A stretch of 51,296 nt of DNA from Promethearchaeia archaeon (GTDB lineage Archaea; Asgardarchaeota; Lokiarchaeia; Sigyniarchaeales; SOKP01). Both the position numbers and the translations under genes were made by a program. Position 1 is the first letter of the stretch. Every line of letters starts with the position of its first letter. This document shows positions 18,358 through 27,796 of the stretch, one piece after another. A model generated the notes under the pieces. It saw only the letters and a program-made list of their open reading frames with translations. It was not told the DNA's origin and searched no databases. The stretch spans positions 1 through 51,296 of the forward strand of contig JAHQWJ010000025.1 in assembly GCA_029856125.1 (NCBI GenBank), in the 5' to 3' direction.

Positions 18358-19341
18358 ATGGAACTCATCATCTTAGGTTCCTCCGCTGCTATACCCGTGC
18401 GTGAAAGAAACCTCTCATCAACTGCTCTTAAGTATAAAAATGAAATCTTGCTATTTGATTGTGGGGAGGACCTTCAAAGAAGCCTAGTTGAAGCCGGTTT
18501 GAAATTCAACAAACCCTTAAAAATATTAATATCACACTTTCATGGAGACCACATTATTGGTCTTCCTGGCCTATTATTTAGATTCGGGTTAAATCAGAGA
18601 ACCGCTCCTGTTACAATTTATGGGCCTGTGAACCTTTTCCTTTACTTATTTGTTCATAGGAAAGTGCTCGGTCTTAAACCTCATTATCCCATAACTGTAA
18701 TAGAAATAGATGATAAGCAAAAGCAATTAATAATATATGAAGGCTTGGACTCTGAATTACCGAATAGAAAATTGAATATAAAGGAAAATACGATATTTGA
18801 TGATGAAAAATATACTCTTAAATATACTTTAGTTGACCATTCAGTTTTAGCTTTCGCATATTCATTCACAGAAAAAAAACGAAGAGGTAAATTTAACCCT
18901 GAAAAAGTTAAAGAATTCGGAATTCCTGAAAGTAGTCTCTGGAAAAAACTACAAGAAGGAGAATGTATTGATTATGAAGGTAAATTAATTGATCCGATTA
19001 AGGAAAACATTGTAGGCCCAAAAAGACAGGGACGAAAAGTGACTTACTCTGGAGATACAGCCCCTTGTGAAAATTTAATTAAATTAGGGAAAGATTCAGA
19101 TGTTTTAATACATGAAGCTACTTTTTCTAAGGAGTTATCTGATATGGCAATTGAAAAAAAGCACTCCACTGCTACTGACGCTGCAACTGATGCAAAGAAA
19201 ATGGGAGCCAAGCAGTTGATATTAACACACATATCCTCCCGCTATAGAGATGATAGTTTACTGAACTTGCTGGAAGAAGCTAAGGAAATTTTTCCTAATA
19301 CGTTAATCGCTGAAGATTTGATGAGAGTTGAATTAAAATAA
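18358..19341 (+). CDS. rnz: Ribonuclease Z
   Basis: LGSSAAIP, FDCGE, SHFHGDH, flexible arm, YSGDT, HEATF, HST and LTHISSRY motifs. Confidence 0.95.
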   Translation: MELIILGSSAAIPVRERNLSSTALKYKNEILLFDCGEDLQRSLVEAGLKFNKPLKILISHFHGDHIIGLPGLLFRFGLNQRTAPVTIYGPVNLFLYLFVHRKVLGLKPHYPITVIEIDDKQKQLIIYEGLDSELPNRKLNIKENTIFDDEKYTLKYTLVDHSVLAFAYSFTEKKRRGKFNPEKVKEFGIPESSLWKKLQEGECIDYEGKLIDPIKENIVGPKRQGRKVTYSGDTAPCENLIKLGKDSDVLIHEATFSKELSDMAIEKKHSTATDAATDAKKMGAKQLILTHISSRYRDDSLLNLLEEAKEIFPNTLIAEDLMRVELK

Positions 19342-19376
19342 GATTTCTAATAAAGAGAAGATAAAAAAATTTTAGT

Positions 19377-19583
19377 TTAGCCTCCCGCTATATGGGGCAA
19401 TATAGTTATGGACGAATCCTTGTCGATAACATCTCCTTCACTTGCTTTTTTGCCATTGAGAATTATCCCAAAGTATTTTCCTTCTAAATTTAGCTCTTTG
19501 AGTAAATCGCCAACTGTCATTTCTCGTTCGGGAGTAATTGTTTCAATAATTCCAGTTTCTAAAAGATCTGCTATTTGTCGAAT
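19377..19583 (-). CDS. MoaD/ThiS/SAMP-like ubiquitin-fold protein with C-terminal GG; missed by the ORF track, probable ATT start
   Basis: (I)RQIADLLETGIIETITPEREMTVGDLLKELNLEGKYFGIILNGKKASEGDVIDKDSSITILPHIAGG*. Confidence 0.85.
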   Translation of the reverse strand: MRQIADLLETGIIETITPEREMTVGDLLKELNLEGKYFGIILNGKKASEGDVIDKDSSITILPHIAGG

Positions 19584-19762
19584 TATAATAACCTTTGTAA
19601 TAAATTTACTAGTAGTATAAGTAAAGCCAACTACCTATATAAAATTAATTCAAGAAATAAATAAGGTTTAGAATTTCTTACTGGAATCTAAATCATTTTC
19701 TCTGAAACAATATCTTTACATAAATGTTAAATATGATAGTTGAAATTTTATTAATGTAAAAT

Positions 19763-20269
19763 TTGTTCTTTTGGCGAAATCAAAAGAATATTACTAAAAA
19801 AGAGGTAATAATTATTACGGCATCAAATGAGGTGTCAATTTCAAAATGGACTTCTGACGAGTTCAAATTTGATAAAACTATCTTTATTGCTTTAGCTAAT
19901 CCATTTTTATTTGTTGCTTGCTTTGTTACACTACATCTTACAGATATCTTTCAGATACAAGAATTGTCATTTATACTTATACCCTCTTATATTCTCATTT
20001 TATATCTGATTTACAAGATTTCCAATATAAAAATCATTGCACAAAATAGAAATCTAAAAAAGTTAAAGGAACTGATAACTGTCGATTATGAAACCTGTAA
20101 ATTTTGTGGTAAGCAATTGTCTATAAAGGAATTTTACAATGCTAATAAAAAAGTAGATTTACAAAAAATATCTGATATTTGGAATAACGATTTTTACGGA
20201 TTATTGTGTTGTAAATGTTATGAGAACAGTCCTTCTAAATTCTGGATAAAATTCAAAGCAATTAAATAA
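19763..20269 (+). CDS. Two-TM membrane protein with a C-terminal Zn-finger-like domain
   Basis: Two hydrophobic helices, then CKFC...CCKC; start uncertain. Confidence 0.6.
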   Translation: MFFWRNQKNITKKEVIIITASNEVSISKWTSDEFKFDKTIFIALANPFLFVACFVTLHLTDIFQIQELSFILIPSYILILYLIYKISNIKIIAQNRNLKKLKELITVDYETCKFCGKQLSIKEFYNANKKVDLQKISDIWNNDFYGLLCCKCYENSPSKFWIKFKAIK

Positions 20270-20440
20270 CGAAGAATTTCATAATACCAAAACGGTCTCA
20301 ATTTGTTGTTTGCGTCGAAATTTTTGGTTTTCCATTATAAAGAATTCTGATTTTTTTTTATTATGGTAAAAACCATTATTTTTATGTGTCTTTTAATTTC
20401 ATTGCATAAAATTGACTTTTATTTAAAGGGTTGATCTCAG

Positions 20441-22093
20441 ATTCTTCAAGAGGATTCATTTAGCGATTATGGCGAGTATCTTGATAAGGTTAGAGATTTA
20501 TTAATGGTAATTAATACACTTGAAGACGAAAAAGAAAAGACTGATCAAAGTCAAAAAATTATTAATGATTCTATTACAACAGCTAATGAGATTTCTGAGT
20601 CTGGTGAACATTTTGAAGCTGGAGAATTTCTTATCTCAATAGCGGAACTATTAGAAGGACTCATTTCTTTTCATTCTGTTAAGCTATATAAGCTAACTAT
20701 AAAATACTGGAATAACGAAGTAAACTCATTTAAATTGCAAGGGAAACTTCATGAAGTAGCCGAGATTTTCTTACGAATTGCTGATCTCTATGAAAAATTA
20801 GAGGAACCTAAATCTTATAGAAAGAATATCCTAGAAAGCATAGGTTATCTAAAGCGTGAAAGTAAATTGCTAGAAGAATTTAACGAAACCAGAAAACTCG
20901 CTCAAAACTACGAAAACATCGCTGGACTATTCCTAAAAGTGGCAAATTATAAAAACGCAATAAAATATTATCTAAACGTAGTTGAAATCGCAAAAGAATA
21001 CCAATACTTTGATTTGCTCTCGTATTCTTACCAGCAAATATCAGATTGTTATCAAGAACTAGACGAAATTGAAAAATCTAACAGTATAATCTATGATGGT
21101 ATCGAGTTTTTCTCCACACTTTTTCAATCTTTTGAAGAAAAAAACGAGAATCTTGCGATATCACAGATAGCTAAAGTGTTAAAATCTCTTTACCACCTTA
21201 TCGATGATGAAGAACAGTTTATTGTCTATTCTAAAAAGGAAGCTGGTGCTTACATAAATTTAGCGGAAAGATTAGAAAAATGCGAAGAAAACTACTATAA
21301 AATTGCTCGATACTACCGAGGGGCTGCTTTATGCTACCAAGGGATTAATAACAACCTCATAGAATCTGCTTCTTGTTTTGTATTAGCAGGCAATTATAAC
21401 GAACGGATCAAGGAATTCAATGAAGCCGCTACAAATTTTTTTAACGCCGCCGTAATATTTAAAGAATTGAATAATTTAGAGATGACTTACAAGCATTATG
21501 TAAAAGCTGGAGATAATTATTGGAAAGTAAAGAACGTAAAAGATTCAACTGATAGCTATTTAAATGCCTACGATATTGCAGTTGAAGGTAAACTGGAATA
21601 CAATAAGTTTGGCATTTTCAATCAAATTGTTAGGGGTTTAAACATTATAGCAAAAGAAGGGTTAAAAAACAAACAATTCTACACAGCAGCTACCTTAATT
21701 ATGGAAAGTATCAAATTTTATCAACAATTGGACACGGCGAAGGAATTTCTCGTAAATGAAATGTTAAAAAATGTCTACAGATATTATTATAAAGCTGCTA
21801 ATTTAAAAAAAATTGGGAACTCTCATATAGTGCAATCTTACACTATGGCTGCTATTTCTTCTATTCTCAACGGAAACATCGATAAAGCACTCAAAATTCT
21901 CTCTGAAATTGAGATGGAAGGAACTACTGTGAATAAATACAAAGAATTAGTCCAAATTATTATTGATTGGGTGTCTGATGGAAGAGAGGTTGAATTTGAA
22001 AACTTTCCATATGATATAAAAAGAATAATAATAGGTTCTGAAGAAATTGGCTATCTTTTAAGGTTCTTTAAAGGATATAGATTATATTACTAA
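20441..22093 (+). CDS. TPR/alpha-SNAP-like helical repeat protein; probable ATT start at 20441, first ATG at 20504
   Basis: About 20-aa repeats: ARYYRGAALCY, ASCFVLAGNY, ATNFFNAAVIF, KHYVKAGDNY, DSYLNAYDI. Confidence 0.7.
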   Translation: MLQEDSFSDYGEYLDKVRDLLMVINTLEDEKEKTDQSQKIINDSITTANEISESGEHFEAGEFLISIAELLEGLISFHSVKLYKLTIKYWNNEVNSFKLQGKLHEVAEIFLRIADLYEKLEEPKSYRKNILESIGYLKRESKLLEEFNETRKLAQNYENIAGLFLKVANYKNAIKYYLNVVEIAKEYQYFDLLSYSYQQISDCYQELDEIEKSNSIIYDGIEFFSTLFQSFEEKNENLAISQIAKVLKSLYHLIDDEEQFIVYSKKEAGAYINLAERLEKCEENYYKIARYYRGAALCYQGINNNLIESASCFVLAGNYNERIKEFNEAATNFFNAAVIFKELNNLEMTYKHYVKAGDNYWKVKNVKDSTDSYLNAYDIAVEGKLEYNKFGIFNQIVRGLNIIAKEGLKNKQFYTAATLIMESIKFYQQLDTAKEFLVNEMLKNVYRYYYKAANLKKIGNSHIVQSYTMAAISSILNGNIDKALKILSEIEMEGTTVNKYKELVQIIIDWVSDGREVEFENFPYDIKRIIIGSEEIGYLLRFFKGYRLYY

Positions 22094-22257
22094 AAAGGTT
22101 ACACTTCTTTAATAGAACTAGAAACAATATAAATAAATAGGTCATAGGTTATTCTATTTATAAGACCTTAATATCATACGATCGTTTATTAGTATGGTAT
22201 AGTATGATTTTTGGGATATAAAACTTTCAAATTAAAACATTTTATTAGGTTTTTAAA

Positions 22258-23436
22258 ATGAGAAAGCAATTAAAAGCAATACTAATAATTATTCCACTAT
22301 TAATCGCTGTAGCTGTTTCTCTAACCATCATTTTACCGTATTTTAAGCAATCATCACAGCCTCCCACTTCTAAAGGACTAGTTTATATTTATGTTGATTC
22401 ATCGATCTACAACGGATTAACTTCTGAAATACAACAATATGAGACTGATGTAAATATTCAAGGATATGATACCCAAATAATTAATTGGACAACAAGTAAT
22501 GTAGCTTTATTAAAACAAAACTTAACTAATGCTTATCCTCTTGGTTTGAAAGGTGCGGTTCTAATCGGTGACTTACCTTATGCTATGGCAAGACATATGG
22601 ACTTTGGATGGGGAAAATATTGGAATTATCCTTGTGATTTATATCTTATGGATTTAGATGGGCAATGGTCTGATACGACTATCCCTAATGGGATATTTGA
22701 TATAGATCAAAACGAACACACAAATGGAACAGGTGATTGGACTCCAGAAATATGGATTGCACGAATCAGTCCTAGCTCTATCGGAGTAACTGGATTCAAC
22801 TACACAGCAGCTTATAAAAATTATTTTGACCGCAATTTTAATCTGAGGCATGGTATCACTAATAGGTCTCATAAAGCTTTACTATACATAGATGACGATT
22901 GGTCAAGTTATAAGGATGAATGGTTAAGTAATTTCACAGCATATACTGGTAGCGAGGTCGATTGTTATTGGAACGATCTAACTACAACAGCTGCAAACTA
23001 TATGAATAATATCTCTACAGTTAATTACGAATTTGTTCATTTGCTTGTTCATTCATGGCCAACTCGGCATCTTTTTGGACCTTCTTCTACTTCTGGATCT
23101 GATGGGATTCTAACGTACAAAAACATATATGGAAACAGCACTCTACCATTATTTTATAATTTATACGCATGTTTTTCATGTAATTATACCCAAGTTAACA
23201 ATACTGGAACATATTATCTGTTTTCAGATAATACTTTAACAGTAATTGGGAGTTCAAGAGATGGCGGTATGGATTTATATCAACCCTTCTATGACAGTTT
23301 AAACCAAGGCGGAATAATAGGTGACGCTTTTGTAACATGGTTCCATAATCCTGAAATTGTTAAGTTGAGTAAGGAATTATTATATTATGGAATGACTATA
23401 TTAGGCGATCCTCTTCTTACGATATACATGACATAA
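22258..23436 (+). CDS. Membrane-anchored or secreted peptidase C25 (gingipain)-like protein
   Basis: N-terminal TM; AVLIGDLP, DLYLMDLDG, PEIWIARI, LVHS, YACFSC and LGDP motifs. Confidence 0.7.
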   Translation: MRKQLKAILIIIPLLIAVAVSLTIILPYFKQSSQPPTSKGLVYIYVDSSIYNGLTSEIQQYETDVNIQGYDTQIINWTTSNVALLKQNLTNAYPLGLKGAVLIGDLPYAMARHMDFGWGKYWNYPCDLYLMDLDGQWSDTTIPNGIFDIDQNEHTNGTGDWTPEIWIARISPSSIGVTGFNYTAAYKNYFDRNFNLRHGITNRSHKALLYIDDDWSSYKDEWLSNFTAYTGSEVDCYWNDLTTTAANYMNNISTVNYEFVHLLVHSWPTRHLFGPSSTSGSDGILTYKNIYGNSTLPLFYNLYACFSCNYTQVNNTGTYYLFSDNTLTVIGSSRDGGMDLYQPFYDSLNQGGIIGDAFVTWFHNPEIVKLSKELLYYGMTILGDPLLTIYMT

Positions 23437-23531
23437 TTTTAGCTTTAATTTAGTAAGATTTTTTTTTTTAAACTTTCTTCTTTCTATACCATCTTAAAAC
23501 TTTTTTTATCTCTCTTCATGTATTTTAATTA

Positions 23532-24188
23532 ATGGAAAAAAAAAAGAAAATAATTTTAAGTTTTGACTTAGATAATACGCTAATCGATAACAGAGAGGGA
23601 ATCGTAAATTCATTTAATTACGCTCTTAAAAAATATAAAATCCCTACTCTTGAACGAACAGAAATCGAAAAAATGATTGGTACGCCTTTAGATGACATGT
23701 TTGATAAGGTTTCTAATGTCAATCCAAAAAAATTATCCTCAGCTTTCCGTGCATATTATAGAGAGAAAGGTATATATCAAGGCAGCTTATTACCTGGCGT
23801 TAGAGAAAAATTAGAAGAATTTAAACAACATTTTTTTACTTTGGGCGTAATAACTTCTAAAAGGCAAGAACTGGCAGTCCAAATTACACAGATTTTAGGC
23901 ATTTTTAAATGCTTTGAATATATCATAGGGGAAAGCGAAAATGTAAAGAGTAAGTTAGATCCTAACTTAAAAAAACACTTACAAAATAAATATAGCGAAT
24001 ATAATATTGTGATTATTGGGGATCATCCTAAAGATATGGCTCTTGCTGAAAATATAAACGCACCGTTCATAGGTGTGTTGACAGGAAACCATTCTGCTGA
24101 AGAATTAAGACGAGGAAATACCCCAAAAACACTAATAATGAAAAGCGTTAAAGATTTGTTTCCAAACCTGATTTATTCTTTATTTTAA
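23532..24188 (+). CDS. HAD-superfamily phosphatase (phosphoglycolate phosphatase-like)
   Basis: FDLDNTL, ITSK and IGDHPKD motifs. Confidence 0.85.
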   Translation: MEKKKKIILSFDLDNTLIDNREGIVNSFNYALKKYKIPTLERTEIEKMIGTPLDDMFDKVSNVNPKKLSSAFRAYYREKGIYQGSLLPGVREKLEEFKQHFFTLGVITSKRQELAVQITQILGIFKCFEYIIGESENVKSKLDPNLKKHLQNKYSEYNIVIIGDHPKDMALAENINAPFIGVLTGNHSAEELRRGNTPKTLIMKSVKDLFPNLIYSLF

Positions 24189-24233
24189 AAAATAATAGGT
24201 TAACGATATAAAAAAAGTAAAAAAGAAAATTAG

Positions 24234-25688
24234 TTACTCCTTCAAATCTTCGTAGATTTTCATAAATTCTTCAGGTTTCCATAGTTCCGTCATATATTTA
24301 CCAATTCCGGAACTATCTCGCGGTCCAACTACAACATAAGCATCAGCTTCGTCTTCTAAAGCCCCACTCAAGCGTGCGGCCATACCGGGTATGATTAATA
24401 TACGATGATCTACTTTGTCGAAAGCACCAAATTCTTTTACTGCTTCCGCAATTGATCCTGCGCTAAATTGCCCTCCTGCGACTGCTGATTCAATGCCGAT
24501 ACCCTCTGAATCCACAACTAAGAGCCAGGCGTCTACATTTGCTCCTTTAATATCTATTTCTACAGGAATCTTTGTTAACCGATAATTTGAAGTTACAAAA
24601 ATTGGAGCCATTTTACCAGGTTCTCCTATTTGAAAACAACCAGGATCTGTTGTTGGATAAATACGCGGATCGCTGAATACGCTCTGCCTTAAGGTCATAA
24701 TCGCTAGTAAAGCCCAAATATCTTCTTTCCTCTTACCGCTGTGGAGAACAATTAAACTTGTATCTATAGATTCCATAATCGCTGCCATAATGATTTCTTG
24801 ATATTGATGCTCCCAAAGCTTCTTATCGTCGTCAGTCTTAACTTGACTCCAATAAGCTGCGGGAACTCCCATAACAGGGAAGCCTGAATTCATATCTCCC
24901 TTATCAATTGCTGAAATTCTCAATCTCATTATGTTATCATAAGTTAAGGCTACATTTCCTGGACCAAAAACGGTCATAGCGTCTAAAATTATCTCCTTTA
25001 CACCAAGCTTTTGTAGAGTAGCACTTATAGACATAAGTTCATCTAAGCCACTTGAGACGGCTACAACTGGTAAATTATTTTCAACCGCAAATTTACCTAC
25101 TTTTTCCCATGTATCTTTTGTTGCGGCATAAAGTAGAGGCCTTACTTCTTTAATTTCAGCAGCAGCAGCAAGTAAAATATCGGGATTCAAACAAGCTAGC
25201 ATAATGGGGAGATTAGATGTCTCTGTAAGCTTCTTCGCAGCGAGTTTGTATTGCTCGACGTCTCCAGATACGCATCTTAATGTAATTCCGTTTACTCTTA
25301 ACACATCTCCCATTCTTTCCAGAATTAATGTTGTTAAATACTTAACGACTTCTTCTAAATCCGGATCCTCATCAGCAACCTCCATGAAAATAGCAGTCTC
25401 GTTGTAATATGTTAATTGATGGCGATTAAGAATCTCTTCTCCACCAATTATGCATTTACGGTCACCCACTCCAATTTCAACAGACTTTTGTGGAGGAGTA
25501 ATAAGTACTATTAATTTATCACGTTTTTTCGCCTGTTTTGGATCCTGCATTAAGTGAGTGCAATCTTGAACTATGACTTTCCTTTCGAGCAAATCTGTTC
25601 CGAATGCCATGCAAGTATCTCTCCCACAGTCTTTACAATTACTCTTATCTAAAAGAGCATATATTTCTAACGGGCTGGGTCTGGCCAT
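24234..25688 (-). CDS. cdhE: Acetyl-CoA decarbonylase/synthase gamma subunit (corrinoid Fe-S protein large subunit)
   Basis: NCKDCGRDTCMAF...C Fe-S motif; IGGEE, VTSNY, IIPGMAARLSG and VGPRDSS motifs. Confidence 0.92.
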   Translation of the reverse strand: MARPSPLEIYALLDKSNCKDCGRDTCMAFGTDLLERKVIVQDCTHLMQDPKQAKKRDKLIVLITPPQKSVEIGVGDRKCIIGGEEILNRHQLTYYNETAIFMEVADEDPDLEEVVKYLTTLILERMGDVLRVNGITLRCVSGDVEQYKLAAKKLTETSNLPIMLACLNPDILLAAAAEIKEVRPLLYAATKDTWEKVGKFAVENNLPVVAVSSGLDELMSISATLQKLGVKEIILDAMTVFGPGNVALTYDNIMRLRISAIDKGDMNSGFPVMGVPAAYWSQVKTDDDKKLWEHQYQEIIMAAIMESIDTSLIVLHSGKRKEDIWALLAIMTLRQSVFSDPRIYPTTDPGCFQIGEPGKMAPIFVTSNYRLTKIPVEIDIKGANVDAWLLVVDSEGIGIESAVAGGQFSAGSIAEAVKEFGAFDKVDHRILIIPGMAARLSGALEDEADAYVVVGPRDSSGIGKYMTELWKPEEFMKIYEDLKE

Positions 25689-25858
25689 TTTAATTTCTCC
25701 TAAATTCTAATTAGTCCTTTTTTTTTTAAATAATTATTAATTATTTTTTTATAGTTAGTGTAGTTTGATTTTACATTAAAAATTTGTTTTTTTTCAAAAA
25801 AAGAATGACTGTCAAATAGAACATACGATTTTGATTGTTTTCAAGAAATTCAATGCAA

Positions 25859-27247
25859 TCAGTTATTTAATTTTACCCTCAATAGCTTTAGAGGAATTAA
25901 TGATAACAATGCCAAAAATCCTGCAGTAATAAAGAGCGTCTCAATTTGAATGAAAGCAGAAAAAAATGTCCCCAATGGAATTAAAATAACAAAACTAAGT
26001 GCAATTGCTATTTTCAAGCACTGATATTTAAAAGTTTTATACTTCCCGTTATTAGAAATCGTCATCATTAACGAAGTATAATTTAACATCATTACACCTG
26101 AAACCAAGTGAATAATGCCTTGGATAATCATCAAAAATAAAAAATCTGAAACCGCCATCAGAAAGGTTAAAACTGCATATAGTCCAACGGTAATAGCAAT
26201 GATCTTTTTTCGATTAGATAATTTAAAAGCATACAATGCTTCAGCTTGGTTGTCAATTGTAAGGTCCAGCTTATTGTGGATTTTAGACTTGATATTGTCT
26301 ATGCTTCTATTCTCTTTTTTTGAAATTCGTTGTCCTATTATCCAACCTCCAATGTTAAGAAATATCAACACAATATATAATAACGAGTATAGATTGAATC
26401 CTTCTTTTCCGAATCGGGTTAAGATCCAAGACGAAAAAGGATATTTATACAAATTATCACTCCAAATTAATAAATACGATAGAAATAACAGAATAAAATT
26501 TAAAGTATTTTTTCCCCCTAAACTTGTAATATCCCTCTCGCATTGTTCAAATTTTTTTTCTGGTTTATTAGTTTTTTCCTTTAAAAGAGCTGCTGATAAG
26601 ATTATAGGAAGAGAAGCTAAGAAGCCAATAAAGAAAAAACTATTCCATTGATTAACATTAGAAATATCGTTTACAGCAAAAAGGAACAAAACTGAAGGAA
26701 TAAATGAGCCGATATTCAACGATACACTTATTGCCACTATTTTACTATCCTTCACACTTCCGCTACTAGGAAGATCTATTATCATTTTTAAAATTCCCAC
26801 CTTAACGATTTCTTGGCTTAGCAAATTTATTGCTAAAAAAAGACCAAGCACTCCTAAGTTTCTCCCACTAAGCACAGAAAGCAAGAAACTAGCCAAAAAT
26901 AATATACTGGAAGAAAATATTATCAATTTTTTATTTTTGGAATATCTATCAAAGAAATAGCCTAAAATCGGTCCTGAGAACATAACAAGATAAATGAACA
27001 CCTGAATGAATGCTAATTGACTTCTATCAACATTTAAAATATTTAATAAATAGACGGGTAAATAAATTACTAAATAGACCCTTATTATGCTAATAGCAAA
27101 ATACAGAAAAAAATATACAAGATAATTGGATTTCTTAACGCTCCTTTTTTCACTCTTCCTTTTCTTTAGCCTTAAACTCCACCTAAACCTAAATGCTGGA
27201 CTTGCAATCGATTTATTTGCTGTTTGTTTATTTTTTTGCCTAAACAT
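25859..27247 (-). CDS. MFS transporter
   Basis: About 12 TM helices; motif A GYFFDRYSKNKK. Confidence 0.75.
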   Translation of the reverse strand: MFRQKNKQTANKSIASPAFRFRWSLRLKKRKSEKRSVKKSNYLVYFFLYFAISIIRVYLVIYLPVYLLNILNVDRSQLAFIQVFIYLVMFSGPILGYFFDRYSKNKKLIIFSSSILFLASFLLSVLSGRNLGVLGLFLAINLLSQEIVKVGILKMIIDLPSSGSVKDSKIVAISVSLNIGSFIPSVLFLFAVNDISNVNQWNSFFFIGFLASLPIILSAALLKEKTNKPEKKFEQCERDITSLGGKNTLNFILLFLSYLLIWSDNLYKYPFSSWILTRFGKEGFNLYSLLYIVLIFLNIGGWIIGQRISKKENRSIDNIKSKIHNKLDLTIDNQAEALYAFKLSNRKKIIAITVGLYAVLTFLMAVSDFLFLMIIQGIIHLVSGVMMLNYTSLMMTISNNGKYKTFKYQCLKIAIALSFVILIPLGTFFSAFIQIETLFITAGFLALLSLIPLKLLRVKLNN

Positions 27248-27796
27248 TTTCAGTTTTTTCTACTGAGAGATTTATTATTAACACTTTTCTATTTATTTGC
27301 CTTCAATTTTATAAACCAAACAGAAAATTCCCCTTTATTATATGAAGAGATTCTTATCACTAGTAGAAATATTATTCAAAAATCATAATGGGAAGATTAT
27401 CTGTGTAAACACTATAAAAAAAAGAAGGAAAATATGGTTATCCTGTATTTCAGATTAATTGATAATCTATGCGGATAATTATTTGGGAATTGTATCACAA
27501 TTTGCTGGCATTTTAACCTTACCTCAACTTATTTTGATGAAATATAGGGTGTTTTTTCTATATGAACTCGCTATCTTCAACCGAGGAGTTCTAATAGTTC
27601 ATACTATCTCACAATGTTTATTCAATTATAGATATAAAAACATAGAGAAATAAGCCAAAGAGAAGCGTGGATTTTTTATAGTTAGAAAAACTGAGAGATC
27701 ATTAAATCTAAAAATTTATGGCATAAAAAAGTATTTAAGTTCTTACACTAAATAAATTTATAATTCTAATGCGTATTTATCAAAAAAATTGAATAT

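Noticed and set aside
19408-19620. 70-aa plus-strand ORF
   Set aside because: Antisense shadow of the ThiS/MoaD-like gene
27459-27653. 64-aa ORF between the MFS gene and the large protein
   Set aside because: TTG start, no recognisable motif or ribosome-binding site; likely spurious
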